A stretch of DNA of 64,000 bases from Kondoa subrosea. Its lineage: Eukaryota. The DNA is taken from assembly GCA_039545335.1 (NCBI GenBank), contig BCIN01000002.1:3205564-3269563 (forward strand), written 5' to 3'. Below are positions 51,932 through 64,000 of the stretch, in pieces (the first letter of the stretch is position 1; each line of letters starts with the position of its first letter). Made by a program: the position numbers and the translations under genes. The notes beneath the pieces are model-generated. The model was not told the origin of the DNA and did no database searches. It worked only from the letters and a program-made list of their open reading frames with translations.

Positions 51932-53266
51932 TTACAGGGTGCCGTCCTGTTTCGCATGTTGAGTAACCTGTCTATCTGCAACGAAGATTCGCCATATAGG
52001 GATCCCAATCTGCTCACACCATGAGCATTGTTTTGTCTACTCTGTGTATACACTTACCATAGCAATCACAGACCAGAACAAATCAAGAAGGACATTGTTG
52101 TAAGATGCCGTACCGCGCATACTTACTCGAAACAGATTGCCAATCAGGTCAGAAGTGATGATATAGTTGCCATTCTCGAGCCCTATTCACTTCTTCAGGC
52201 AAGGCTTTTTGAGGAAGATATCAAGCTCTTACCTCGAATGAGTTTCGCTGCACATGCTTCAGGTGTTTGACCCTCACTATCATATTCATTAGCTGACATA
52301 TAGACGGCTTTCGAAATGAGAGCTTACTCGACTCCTTCTATCTGCTTTGCCAGTTCAGGCTTAATCTTTTCCTCCTCTACAAAGCCAGCTAGAATCTACC
52401 ATTTAGGAATGCTCGCAAGCAAAAAGTTGGCAGACTCACGACTGAGAATGGTAGCGGGAAAATAGCAATGCACTGCTATACCGTACAGACGCAATTCGTT
52501 TCGCAGCGTATCGGCCAAACCTACATCAGAGGTATTAACCAGTGCATTCATAAAGGCCTGAGGCTGTACATACCTCGGAGAGCAGATTTTGCAGGTGAAT
52601 AGCCAGCATAGCCAACGTATGAAAAGAAACCCAAAACAGAGGATACCAGAACTATTCGACCTGTCACTTTATGCGCGATCATGCGTTTCGTAGCTTCCTT
52701 TTCAGCTTCATGAGTAGAGTTTCAGCATTATCATATTGGCTCAGACATACATGGACTGCCCAAAGAGTAGCAAAGTAATTCGTATCCATTCCGTTCCGAA
52801 GTTGATCGGGTGTAAGATCCTTAAACAAGCCAAGACAATGCCCTGCGGCTCCAACGCATGATATAAGTAAATCTACTGGTCTGCCTTGTAATTCTTCAGC
52901 TTTATCAAATGCCCCTTCGCACGATTTCGCGTCCGTCAAATCGACTGAAAGCGCATGAAAGCGCTGAGATGGACTGATAGCATGAATCTACATTCGGATG
53001 AGCTTCTTAATGTGCTGATATGGGGTTGTAATGAATCACCTGAACTTCTTTCAAGGCGAGATCCAGCTTGCTTTGCGTTCGAGCCATCAATGTAATATTT
53101 CCTCCTCGCGCTGCTAATTGACAAGCGACTGCTAATCCAAGTCCTTGAGATCCACCGGGTATGCAGACATGCTAGCAAGGGCATTGCGAATCGAAATTAG
53201 TCCCGTCTTAGGTAAGCACAAGTTGCTCACCAGATTGTTGACATCTAGCTTGCTTCGGAAGAGCAT
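51932..53266 (-). CDS. TSC10: 3-ketodihydrosphingosine reductase (SDR family)
   Basis: HVCIPGGSQGLGLAVA, MDTNYF, YSPAKSALRGLADTLRNEL, YFPATILSPGF.EEEKIKP, C-terminal hydrophobic segment. Confidence 0.85.
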
Positions 53267-53631
53267 GCTTTACTGAGGTGGAGATCACGAAGCTGATTGT
53301 ACAAGTCTTGGAGGCAGAGAAAATAGCAAAACTGAAGTGTTCCAATCCTAGAGGCTAGAATTTCGATAGCTTGCCTCAGACGTCGTTTCCGTTTCCGCTT
53401 CCAATGTCAGACTAGCTATTATTCAACTCTAATGCAAGGTATAGTGGTATATCAGCTCGACTGGGGTATATAGCGATCTCGCTCGTTTTCTGTCAACAAG
53501 CGACTGAAAGTGATAGATTGAAGTCACACTAACTCTCTCTCAGCTATTTGCAACTGCAATGAACGTTACTGAATGCAATTGCTTTGTATTGTTGACACGC
53601 GAAGAATACTATCTGCTTTGATCCTGATCAT

Positions 53632-56448
53632 CTATTGTCCGTCAACGAAGGTCTGATTGATGGTGTTATACAAGAAGCCAGCTTCGCCAAGGACTGCACA
53701 AGCTTCAGTGTAGGGAATAGGAATGCTCATTGGCGAGCTATCAAGCTGGTATATAGGAGCTGAGCCGGTGTTGCTAAACTGAGGGAAAGAAGCGTTGGTG
53801 ATAGTAGCCAATGTCTGTTCGTAGGATCTTCCTCGAGCTTGCAAGTAGGCTGCGGTTGGGTTCGGATTATGAGTGCGAATGAAAGAAGTCCAGATATCGA
53901 TGATTAGCTGTCTTATAATCAGACTATAAAGATCCTCTGGAATCAAAAGATCTTACCCGAGTATAGCCTAGATCATTGCAGGTACCGTTCTGGTTGTATT
54001 GGATACCTTGAACATTGCTGTTGCCGAATACTTCATTGACATCTGCCAAGGCAAGGTATCAGTATCAATTGAACAGCTCATGAGATCACAAACCTTCTGC
54101 ATGACAGACTCGATCTATACCAGATGGATTGTTCGGGGTGCTTCAAATAATGAAAGAATGAGCACAAATCAACAACACAGAGAGCGAAGATATACCAGGG
54201 TGCTGGAGCAGCTGCCAAAGATTGGGGAATGCCTTGATCCATTCGGTAAGAATATAAGTTGCTAAAGGTGCTTCTATTCGAGGCAGTCTCCAAAATCGCT
54301 TGCAGTGGACCTTAATCATAGCAATTCAGTATAGGTCAGAAAGATGCTTCGGATCAGGTCGAAGAAACGCACATCGCCAAGCGAATAACGTAGCCAATTG
54401 AGCTGCTGCATTAGCTGTACCCAGAGGGTCGGTAGTGTTCACAGGGAAGAGATTTGGATTAGCGATAACAGCTTGTGCAGTCCGATTGGGTAATGCTTGA
54501 CCAATAACCAGGTTGAAGACTGCTTGGGATGAAGGCAGGCCTGCTGGAATAGCGCTGGCGATGAATAGTGTCGCTTCGTTCTGTACGTCACCCATCATGA
54601 CTGGAATACCAGCGCTCGGTAGAGATCCAGTGTTGAGCAAGTCTAAAACGCCATTAAGCTGCAAATCAATGATGATGAGTGAATAGACACACCTAAGAAT
54701 TGACCGTCGATGACTCCCATCTCTTTGTTGATACATGGAGCTATCGGCTCGACTAGGAACAACTCTCAGTCTCGTCCCAACAGAGAGAAATTGCTACTCA
54801 CCTGCGCTGGTAATAGCAGTTGCTCCATCATATAATTTCAGTGCAGCAGCTGAAGCAGTACTCATAGCAGTACCCAAAGCATCCGAAGCGAATAATGTTG
54901 CATCAGCAGCCATGAGACAGGTAATTAGTGCAGTTTCATTTAACGGATCAGTGCAGTGCAAAGCAGTGCCAACAGCAGGAGTAATGAAATCGTAGTAGAC
55001 TCGCTTGACCGGCCAAGGGATCCCTAGTGGTCCAGATTCTTGAATTGCGGCGGAAAATCTGTTGGTGAAATGAGCATGCAAAGGATCTAGCAGCGCGATC
55101 GACTTACAAGCTTTTAGCAGAAGAAGATGACATCAAGGCCGCAACAGACTGTCCGCCAGCGCTTTGCCTGTTTCGCAAGTCAAATTTCTAGATGCTTGCC
55201 ATCCTCCTGAGAAATGCTTACCCATAAATAGTCACTTTGCTAGGATCGCCACCAAAAGAAGAGATATAAGTTTGAACCCATCGAAGCGCTTGAATCTGAT
55301 CTGTGATGCCTTGACTGCCGCTGAAACTTCCATCTTTCGTAGCCAAATTTCCGAGAGCTCCAAGTCGATAGCTACCGGTGGCGAAGTGAGACACAAAGAA
55401 GACATCAAATGGGCAAGACTAGCTTGAGCGTGACAACAACGATATCTCCTCGAGAAGCTTCGTTGCCACCGGCGTCTGTTAAGCAGATCAGATATTGGGC
55501 AGCGAGATTTGCCCATTGCAGCTTGGGTACTCACAAGCAGGAAGACTGCCGTCACCCTATAATAATAATATAAGATGTAAGCAAACACTACTCGATGGAA
55601 GTAGGCAATTCACTGACAACTGTGAAAGAGCCTCCATAAAACCAAACAGCAACCGACCTCAGACCGCTGGTAGCGTTCTGAGCAGGAATGACAGGAGTAA
55701 AGATGTTGAGGAAGAGACAGTCTTCGGCTGTACTGGTCGACCCATATGGACTTGCCGGTTGAATGCAAGCCGGACCGAAAGTAGTAGCATTGTATGCAGA
55801 TGTTGTGCTGTTAAGGTAGTGAGCTGGCTTGAAACGAAGATTACCAATCGGTGGTGCTGCAAAAGGTAGACCCAAGAATCTCCAACTTCTTGCGTCTCTG
55901 AAGCCTGTGATTGTAAGATTCTTGGCTTGCACTGTAATGGTAGATTCAGCAGAAGCCATCGTGTTACTTGTGGAATATGCAGGAGCAGAAGAAGTGCACA
56001 GAACAGGATGAGATTCAGAGCAATCTGCTGAACCAGTAGCTGCACTGAGCGAGAAAGCATCGCAAACCGAATTCTGACGACCAAATTTAGCGGAACGACG
56101 TTGCTGTCTTGCAGAAGCCCCAGTCCAATATTGTGAGCTTTCGGTTGTGGCATTGCTATAGACCAAATACTTGAGTTGATGTCGAATATCTTCTGTGACG
56201 GTAGGAAGCAGTTGCTCGTGGAATGTATTGCACAGAGCAGCTGCGTCAAAGAAAGGAACGGATTGATTGAGATATAATGCTGGAGTAGAAGTATTGAATG
56301 TCAAACTTTGCACGATATTAGTCAGCATTGCTTGCTAAAATAACAGATGTACCCACTCATTTTGGAAGAGAACTCGAGCAGATCCTTCGATAGATTGAGC
56401 GATAGTATATGTTGCTTCTAGGATGATCAGTGCTTGAGAGAGCTTCAT
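53632..56448 (-). CDS. Secreted type-B carboxylesterase/lipase with N-terminal extension, multi-exon
   Basis: Signal peptide; GFRD..SWRFLGLPFAAPPIGNLRF, EDCLFLNIFTP, VAVWFYGGSF, FGGDPSKVTI.GQSAGG (nucleophile), VCHAED (catalytic His). Confidence 0.9.
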
Positions 56449-56962
56449 CGGTGTGCGCAGAGCAAGCCGGAGTATATGGCCTCTTCAGTTGAGTAGCTCG
56501 GAAGACCAAGAGTACGAAGAGAACAGAGAGAAGGAGTAGATGTCTTCAGCAAGGAAATGCACATCAACGTACACGGACGGACATTCAGTAGTAGAAAGAA
56601 GATTGAAGCAAGAACTCGAGCGAACACATGCGAAGTGGTCCAAAGCTATCGATTTGTGACTCATTCACAAATGCAGTACAGTAGTGAGCAGAGTATAGCA
56701 GCCCGACGGATAGTCTTTATTTTCTTGTTGATCTGCTTGGGAACAAGTCGACATCTACCGGGCACTCACAGCCTACAACAAAGAGTCGAGGCCCCTTTAC
56801 AGTCAGGTACTTCAGATGAGTGATAAAGCTAGCATACTACATACAATCATCGGTGCTGCGTAAAATACCTCTGTTAACCTTCAGCGGGACAGGAACAGGA
56901 GAAGGAAGTGATTGTCCGAGCAAGAGCATACGGCTTCCAGCGCATCGGGCTAGTGTGAAGGG

Positions 56963-57527
56963 AATGGAGCAATGTAAGAGACTTAAGAGCCTTCAGAGGC
57001 AGCTGGATTTGCCTCGAGTTCTGTATTTGGGCCAATACGCTTTTGGAACATGTTCGCCATGCAATATCTTCGCATTGACCAGGTCCAGGAATTCCACCCA
57101 GAGAAAGAGTCAATCATCTGCTCGCATGAAGCCAAATGTGCAGGGAAAACGAGTTCCATTATGGCAGAAGATCTTCTGATTCTTCGCGCTTGTAAGCCAG
57201 AGCGAGATCCAGGTTATTGGCTACAAGATTTGTGGGTCTACGTCATCCAGCTTTGCGTACATCCTAGCTATGGAGCCGTTTCTCGTAGATTTGAATGCAG
57301 TTTGTGTCACTGTGAAGTTTCTTGCTGTGTAGATTCTCGTCTAGCCATGCCTTAAGATCTTTGCTAGCACCTCTTACTGAAGCTACCGGGCGTGTCGCGC
57401 ACCACTCTGAGTACTTGGCAGTTTGCGAAGACAAAAGTGAATTAGGTATTGCTAAAACAGCAAAATGCTTACGTCATCAGTATCAGATTCATGTACCCAG
57501 TCATTTGAGGCTGCTCAAGATGACTGA
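56963..57527 (+). CDS. Possible Cys-rich orphan gene (structure uncertain)
   Basis: 101-aa ORF 57050-57355 with several Cys/His, flanked by donor/acceptor-like signals; no recognised family. Confidence 0.25.
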
Positions 57528-57653
57528 TCCTGGCACAGCAAACATCGTTCGGATTCACATATGATTTCATTTCGTACTTCAGCATATACAGGATTCGCAA
57601 ACTTTGTTCCATTTCCAATACAGAAGATATCATTGTTGATAGTACCAATCCGC

Positions 57654-60110
57654 CTACGGGGCAGCACCATTGAGGTTGATATGAACTGCCTTGACGTTGG
57701 TGTAGTTTCTAGCAAACAGGGTCAGCAGGCGAGAGGATATGGTAGAAGAGACTCACGCCAAAGCATATTCACCTGAAGAATAGTAAGTGGAAGTCGTAAT
57801 GATGAATGATATATGCTCACCTAGTTCTCGTCCGATACCAGATTGCTTGAAGCCTCCGAATGGAACATTGGAGTCTGCGAAAAATATTAGCAAACTGTCC
57901 AAAAGAGTCAAAAGAAAGAGCACTCACGAAGCTGGTTGTAGCAGTTGACCCAGACAGTTCCGGCATGTAACTTGTGAGCAGTGTCGATAGCACGAGAGAT
58001 ATCGCGAGAGAAGACAGCAGCAGCTAGACCATAAACGGTATCGTTGGCTTGGCGAATGAGATCCTTCTCATCTTCGAAGGGAATGACAACGACTATTTGC
58101 AATCGTCAGCATACGGTCATAGTAGAAGAGATGTGATACTCACCGACAGGACCGAAGATCTCTTCGTTACGAATGCGAGTGCCTTCCTTGACATCGGTAA
58201 ACACGGTAGGCTGAATGTAGTAACCCTTTGAGCCGTATCTGTCACCACCCATGGAGACTGTAGCTCCTTCGTCTTTGCCGGCCTTGATGTAAGCCATAAC
58301 TCGGTCGTATTGGACCTTGCTCTGAAAAACACTTTACATCAGAAACCTACGAGACTAGAAAATGCGGTAGACTCACGACTTGTGGGCCTTGGAAAGTGTC
58401 TTCCTTGAATGGATCTCCAACCTTGATCTCCTTGACGCGCTTTTGGAAGGCTTCCCTATATTCATAAAATATATCGTAAGCGACAAACAAGTGAATAAGA
58501 TAATTGGACGTACATGAACTTCTCGTAGATGGACTTTTGGACGAAGATACGAGAACCAGCGCAGCAGCATTGACCGTGGTTGAAGAAGAGACCGAAAGCT
58601 GACCACTTGACGGCTTCGTCGAGATCGGCTGAAATGCGTCAAAATCAGTGAATGGGGACAAGCCGAATGGATAGCAAAACTAACCATCGTCGAAAATGAT
58701 GTTTGGTGACTTTCCGCCCAATTCAAGAGTGACCTTCTTCAAGTTAGATTGAGCAGCAGCCTTCATGATTGCTCGTCCAACAAGGGTAGAACCGGTGAAT
58801 GCAACCTTCTCGATGTTCATGTCTTAGCAGCCGCTTGAAAGTCAGCATAGAACAAGGAATAACAGCTTGGAAACGTACGAGAAGCGATAGCTGCACCAGC
58901 GACGGCACCGTAACCACAAATAATGTTAATAACACCTAAAACGAAGCAAGCCTCAACAAACTGCGCGACTGGCGGGTGTGTGAAGAGGACTGACCAGGAG
59001 GGAAGATGTCCTTGATCAGAGACGCGACCTTGAGCGCAGACAGTGGAGTGTTTTCAGCGGTCTTGAGGACAATGCAGTTACCGCAAGCGACAGCGGGGCC
59101 GAGTTTCCAGGCCAACATGAGGAGAGGGAAGTTCCATGGCTGCGAAAGCATTGCTCAATAAGTGTGATGACATTTGTTAAGATACTTCCACTTACGATAA
59201 TTTGACCGACAACACCGATTGGTTCATGGCGGGTGTATGCCATCTTGCTGTCATTGACTTCGATGGTCTTGCCGTGAATCTTGTCCGCCTATTCCCTTTC
59301 TTCAAGGCCTGAGCATCGAGAGTTGCACACAGAACTTACCCAGCCTATTTTCAAGGACATCAGACTTCTGAATACAACACTTTCCATGAAGCAAACACTA
59401 ACCTCCGTAGTATCTCAAGCAAGCAGCTGCTTCAGCAACATCGAAACCTTTGGCGATGGCAAAGGCCTTTCCGTTGTCGGCTGCTTCAATGGCTGCAAGT
59501 TCGTCGCTATGTACATGAACAGCATCATGTCAGTATATGCAAAGTCGCAGCGCGACAGCACATACGCATTGGCCTCGATAGCTTCCTAAAAAGCGGACGA
59601 ATGAAAGCATGAGCATCATTTCGAAACAAATGCCAAGAAGACTAAAACTCACAGCCAACTTGAGCAAAAGGTTGCAACGCTGAGTACCAGATGCTTTGAG
59701 ACCCCAGACAGAGCTGTACCGCGTAAGAGAAAGTCAGCGTTACAGAAGCGGGGAAACCTAGTGAAACCTACTCGTATGCCTTTTGGGCAGCTTCGACAGC
59801 AGCATCAACATCCTTTTCACCAGCGCATGCTATTTTGCCAATGAGTTCTTCAGTAGAAGGGTTGATGACATCTATATGAGGGGTAAAAGCATGAGAACAC
59901 GTTCAGTTGCACAGCAGTATAGCAGGCTACTCACCAATGGTCTCTCCAGATTTGGCCGCTACGAATTCGCCTCCAATGAAGAGCTACCAGAACATTGTGA
60001 GCTTCGAGAGTTGTGGCTAAGACTGAAAGACTTACACCTGCATCAAGTTTGCTTGCTTTAACGCTTGAGCCTTGCTCAGAGAATGAAAGGTTGATTGTAA
60101 GTCCAGACAT
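57654..60110 (-). CDS. Aldehyde dehydrogenase (ALDH1/2-like, AldA type), multi-exon
   Basis: [82 protein letters not shown]. Confidence 0.95.
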
Positions 60111-60753
60111 GTTTACTATAGTATGCCAGTGATGGTTCAGAAGAAGAAGATGAGAGTTCCGTCGACTCCATGAAATCGCATAATCTTACGGCTATACGCC
60201 TCAGGCACATGTGTGGGGAAAGTGGTCTGTGTTACTAAGGCTTTCAAACTGCACTGATCTACATGGACAGCGCGTCCAGCATACAGGCCAGGCAGCAAGG
60301 AGGGAGCATTGCATAAGAAACCGCGTGATTTTGCAATTTGTAAGTATACATGACATCTGCATCATTGAACAAGGCGTCTATGCTATCAGCAGAGTGTAGT
60401 TCAAATACACTGTGGTCTTCGAGCTTCCGCTGACCATCGACGCGACCTCTTCATTTTTGCTTAGATTATGCGCTGACGTGACGATCCTGACTCTTTAATT
60501 TCGGCACTCTTTTGTGCCCCGCTGGCAGTAGGCAAGCCGTTTACCATAGGCTCATTCGAGACTCAGCCGAGACGAGGGAAACTCCGAAACTCGTCTCCCT
60601 ATTGCGGAGATCTCCGTTCGTCGCCAGTTCTTGTCCCGCGTCGTGGCCCCGGACCATCCCCAGATTCAGTTCTCTGCTCTCTGCTCTCTTCTTCTCCTCA
60701 ACGACACTGTCTAACACTCCATCAATTCATAAATCTTTCTCATTCCAAACAAC
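60111..60753. promoter_or_regulatory. Shared divergent promoter of ALDH and ADH with candidate CreA/Mig1 (SYGGRG) sites and a CGG-N6-CCG palindrome
   Basis: SYGGRG matches at 60213, 60517, 60604, 60647 and 60658; perfect palindrome CGGAGATCTCCG at 60605-60616. Confidence 0.5.
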
Positions 60754-62640
60754 ATGCCTTCCTACGAATTCTCAAAGGATATTCCAAAAGAGCAGAAGTA
60801 GGTTTGATTCTCTCTCTCTTCCTAGTAAATGCTGACCTCCTTCTGTCTTCTCCTTTCACAGAGCTTGCATCTTCCGCCAGAAAGGTGGCCCAGTAGGTAA
60901 GCTATCGATATCTGTTAGAATTCCAATTTAGTATTCAAATTGCCTCTGTAACAGCTATCGAGACTTTACCCGTCACTCAGCCAAAGGTACTATCTTGATT
61001 GCCGTTGCTTTGTAAAACCGTAGCCGATAGATTTGCTGAAAACTAGGACTTGAAACCCAATGAAGCTTTGGTCCAAGTCGTCTACTCAGGCGTATGCCAC
61101 ACCGGTACGCAGGTGTCTTCATTTTCATTGACTCTTACTAAGACAGAGCATACAGACTTGCACGCCATGTTGGGCGACTGGCCATTAGACAACAAGCTTC
61201 CTCTGATTGGAGGTCACGAAGGAGCGTAAGTTTCTTCTTCGACCCCTTGCATCTAGCTTGATACTAATCTGATGACTTCGACAGTGGATACGTTGTTGCT
61301 CTCGGTGAACACTCTGACACTGAGTTGAAAGTCGGTGACAAAGTTGGTGTAAGTGCATTCTCTCCGAATGTCTTCGGCTTTGCCTGAAAATGTCTCCTTA
61401 TAGATCAAATGGATCGCTCATGCAAGTTCTTCTCCTTGATTGCGTTGGGTTCTGGCCTAATTTTGTCTCCTCTTAGTCTTGCAATCGATGCTCTTTCTGT
61501 CGCCAAGGTTTCGAACGTGAGTCCATATCTCTTCTACTACGATTAACAAGGGATACTTACGATCGGTATGAACAGCTCTCTGCAAAGAAGCTCAATGCTC
61601 CGGTTTCTCCGTTGATGGATCTTTCCAACAATACGCCGTTTCTTACACTTCTCAGCTCTCTTTAATCCCTAAAGATCTACCTTTGGACGATGCTGCTCCA
61701 ATTCTTTGCGCGTTCGTTCTTTCTTTGCTTCCCTCAATTGCATTCGTTGACTTCATCATGCAACAGCGGTGTTACCGTCTACAAGGCCATCAAGGAAGCC
61801 AATGCTCGTGCTGGTGAATACGTCGCTGTTCTCGGAGCCGGAGGAGGACTAGGTCATTTGGCAGTGAGCTTCTCTTCACTTTCTAGTCTTCCTGCTCTGA
61901 TGGAATGCCCAACAGGTCCAATACGCCTCTTACATGGGTTTACGTGTCATTGCCATCGATACTGGTGATGAGAAGAAAGCTCTTTGCGAGAAACTTGGTG
62001 CCGACAAGTGGGTTGATTTCAAGACTGAAGGTGACAAGCTCGGTCAGTTCCACTCTTCTTCTTTGATAGACGAGTTACTCACACTATCGTACATAGTCGA
62101 GGCTGTCCAGAAGGTCGTTCCAGACGGTCATGGACCACACGCAGTCATTTGCACTTCTTCTGGCGGTAAAGCTTACGAGCAAGCTATGGAGAGTAAGTCA
62201 ACGCGCCGTCATATTAAAAGCTATTTTACTCACATGTTATTCCTAGTGGTTCGCCCTCACGGCACTGTTGTAGCTGTGGGACTTCCACCAGACGCCAAGA
62301 TCTCAGCAGATGTCTTCTTCACCGTCTTCCTTTCCAAGCGATTGGTTGGTTCTTACGTCGGAAACAGACAAGATGCTACAGAAGCTTTGGAAATCGCTGC
62401 TTCTGGTAAAGTCAAGTGCTCTTACAAGGTATATCATCAGCTCTTTTCCAAGTTATTGAAACATGTAGCTGATTTTATTTTGCCCAGACTTTGCCCATGT
62501 CTGCCTTGCCTCAAGTCTACGATGACATGTTAGTGTTTCTGTCATTCGACTACTAAACTTGACGAACTGACCCTTGTGATAACAGGCACAAGGGCAAGAT
62601 CACCGGTCGTATCGTTTTGGACATGACCAAAGCCGAATAA
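60754..62640 (+). CDS. ADH1: Zinc-dependent alcohol dehydrogenase (yeast Adh1/AlcA type), multi-exon
   Basis: YSGVCHTDLHA..GDWP, GGHEGAG, CNRCSFC...[42 protein letters not shown]. Confidence 0.93.
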
Positions 62641-63136
62641 ATCGACGCTACAATGGAAACGGCAAACATGACGCCTTCTTTTCTTCTCATCTTCGCGAAG
62701 AGCGAATTGAAGGGTGGTTCATAGGTTTCTGCTTGTAATTATTAGGTCTGACTGAAATGTATCGAAATTGCTTTTTCTCTTTTTTTACTTGCTTGCTTGT
62801 TGCTGTTTACCATTCCAGTCTCGGGGTCAAGTTTGAAGCTCATGAGTTTTAGTACACGAGCAAGAATTCGTAGAGTAATCGCATCAGCCGAGAGGACACA
62901 AAAGGTTTTTGGAAGGTTACTGCTTCCCAGCAGCAGGAAGATCACGGCTCACTTAGAACTACAGAGTCAGCGAACAAGAATCGTCAGAAGGACTGCGGAG
63001 CTTGACGTGTACGTCGAAATGCAAAATGATAATACTACATACATCTGTCAGAGCAAGCTACTTGTCAGTACGCAAAATAGGCCTGGTGAGTAAGTGGACT
63101 GACCAGACATAGCAGCTTCAGAAGTAGACTATCATG

Positions 63137-63973
63137 CTACGTGAACAGGCTATTTAAAACGCCTTGAAGTGCTTCGCTACTGTTGGCTTTGCTTGCTTTA
63201 TCCGCCTTGACTGTAGTTCTCTGCTTAAAAGGTCTCTGTTTCTTTTCCTTCTTGCTTCTTTCCGCCTCCGCTGCACTGACAGGCGCTTCCTTCCTCTTCT
63301 TCTCCCTTTTCTCCTCAATTTTGCCTTGAACTCTGGCTTTCTCCACCTGCCTCAAATAACCGGCTTGATCTTTCTTACTCTGACTAATTTCATTCCGTAG
63401 CAAAGCAGTTTCCACAGCTTGCTGTTGCTGAATCGATCCACTCAAAGCGTTCCATTTGAATTTGGGTAAATACTTGCAGGACCATAAATCATGGTAAAAG
63501 GGAGAAGAAGGTTTGCCTCCTATAGGTTGAGCGTTAAGCAATTCAGCTGTACTTCTTGCTACTCGTTTGTCCATGAATTCAATCCAACCTTCCAAGAATC
63601 GATGGGAAGTATGTTTGCCAGCTTTTGCCGTTTTAGCATCTATTCGTACAACCGGTGCAGCATAAGCCATAGAAAGGCTCATGAACAAGTTCGACGGACC
63701 TTTAGGATCTCTAGCTAGATAAACTCTGCCCGTATCTCCATAATGCGACAACAAATGTTTCAATTTCGCAGGTCCCATGCCAGGAGGTATCCTTGACAAG
63801 TAAATAATCCCAGTCTTGTCGTGTTTCGCATTCAAAGCAGTCAAGGAATCCAAATCTATCACTTTTCCACTTTTACTTGTTTTGCTCGATACTTGCTCTT
63901 CTGAGGACTCTAGCTTCGATGTGGATGCTACAGGATGTTCCTCAGGATTTAAGATGGCATCGTATAGGTCCAT
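63137..63973 (-). CDS. ESF2: Pre-rRNA-processing protein Esf2/ABT1 (likely one in-frame 60-nt intron)
   Basis: TGIIYLSRIPPGMGPAKLKHLLS.YG..GRVYL, FLEGWIEF.DKRVAR..AELLNAQPIGG, DLWSCKYLPKFKW. Confidence 0.93.
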   Translation of the reverse strand: MDLYDAILNPEEHPVASTSKLESSEEQVSSKTSKSGKVIDLDSLTALNAKHDKTGIIYLSRIPPGMGPAKLKHLLSHYGDTGRVYLARDPKGPSNLFMSLSMAYAAPVVRIDAKTAKAGKHTSHRFLEGWIEFMDKRVARSTAELLNAQPIGGKPSSPFYHDLWSCKYLPKFKWNALSGSIQQQQAVETALLRNEISQSKKDQAGYLRQVEKARVQGKIEEKREKKRKEAPVSAAEAERSKKEKKQRPFKQRTTVKADKASKANSSEALQGVLNSLFT

Positions 63974-64000
63974 GAGGGGTATTCTGACAAGCGATAGTCA

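Noticed and set aside
1..64000. TGA-CTA readthrough generating cryptic PTS1 signals; transposons; CRISPR arrays; secondary-metabolite backbone genes
   Set aside because: The stop contexts I inspected lacked the motif or a downstream SKL-like end; no transposase, RT, direct-repeat array, PKS, NRPS or terpene synthase signatures were seen

Overview
This is a gene-dense, intron-rich eukaryotic window. Its short (~45-65 nt) GT/GC-AG introns with CTRAY branch points, micro-exons and gene content indicate a fungus, most likely a basidiomycete (inference). About 31 protein-coding genes could be reconstructed by manual splicing. They are CFT1/CPSF160, a PhzF-like protein, a DUF4336-like protein, a HotDog thioesterase, two intronless F-box paralogs, a SABATH-like methyltransferase-fold protein, dephospho-CoA kinase, a pepsin-like protease, PEX10, a peroxisomal-type citrate synthase, an ENT nucleoside transporter, CDC14, a DUF1996/WSC protein, SEC22, an EPS1-like PDI, two tandem MBOAT/wax-synthase-like paralogs, BTB, arrestin-like and GNAT proteins, a class II cAMP phosphodiesterase, an RTA1-like protein, TSC10, a secreted carboxylesterase, a divergent ALDH/ADH pair, ESF2 and several small orphans. 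I could not support any tRNA, rRNA, CRISPR or transposon call. Main observations: (1) the otherwise intact citrate synthase needs a GT-CG intron directly before its HADH motif; (2) MBOAT copy 1 has an in-frame TGA past which homology to its paralog continues; (3) a +1 frameshift at an A7 run splits an F-box gene; (4) peroxisome/CoA-related genes with PTS1-like C-termini sit close together; (5) a six-exon 66-aa microprotein is hidden from the ORF track; (6) ALDH and ADH share a promoter with candidate regulatory sites. Exon boundaries were read by eye and no database searches were run.
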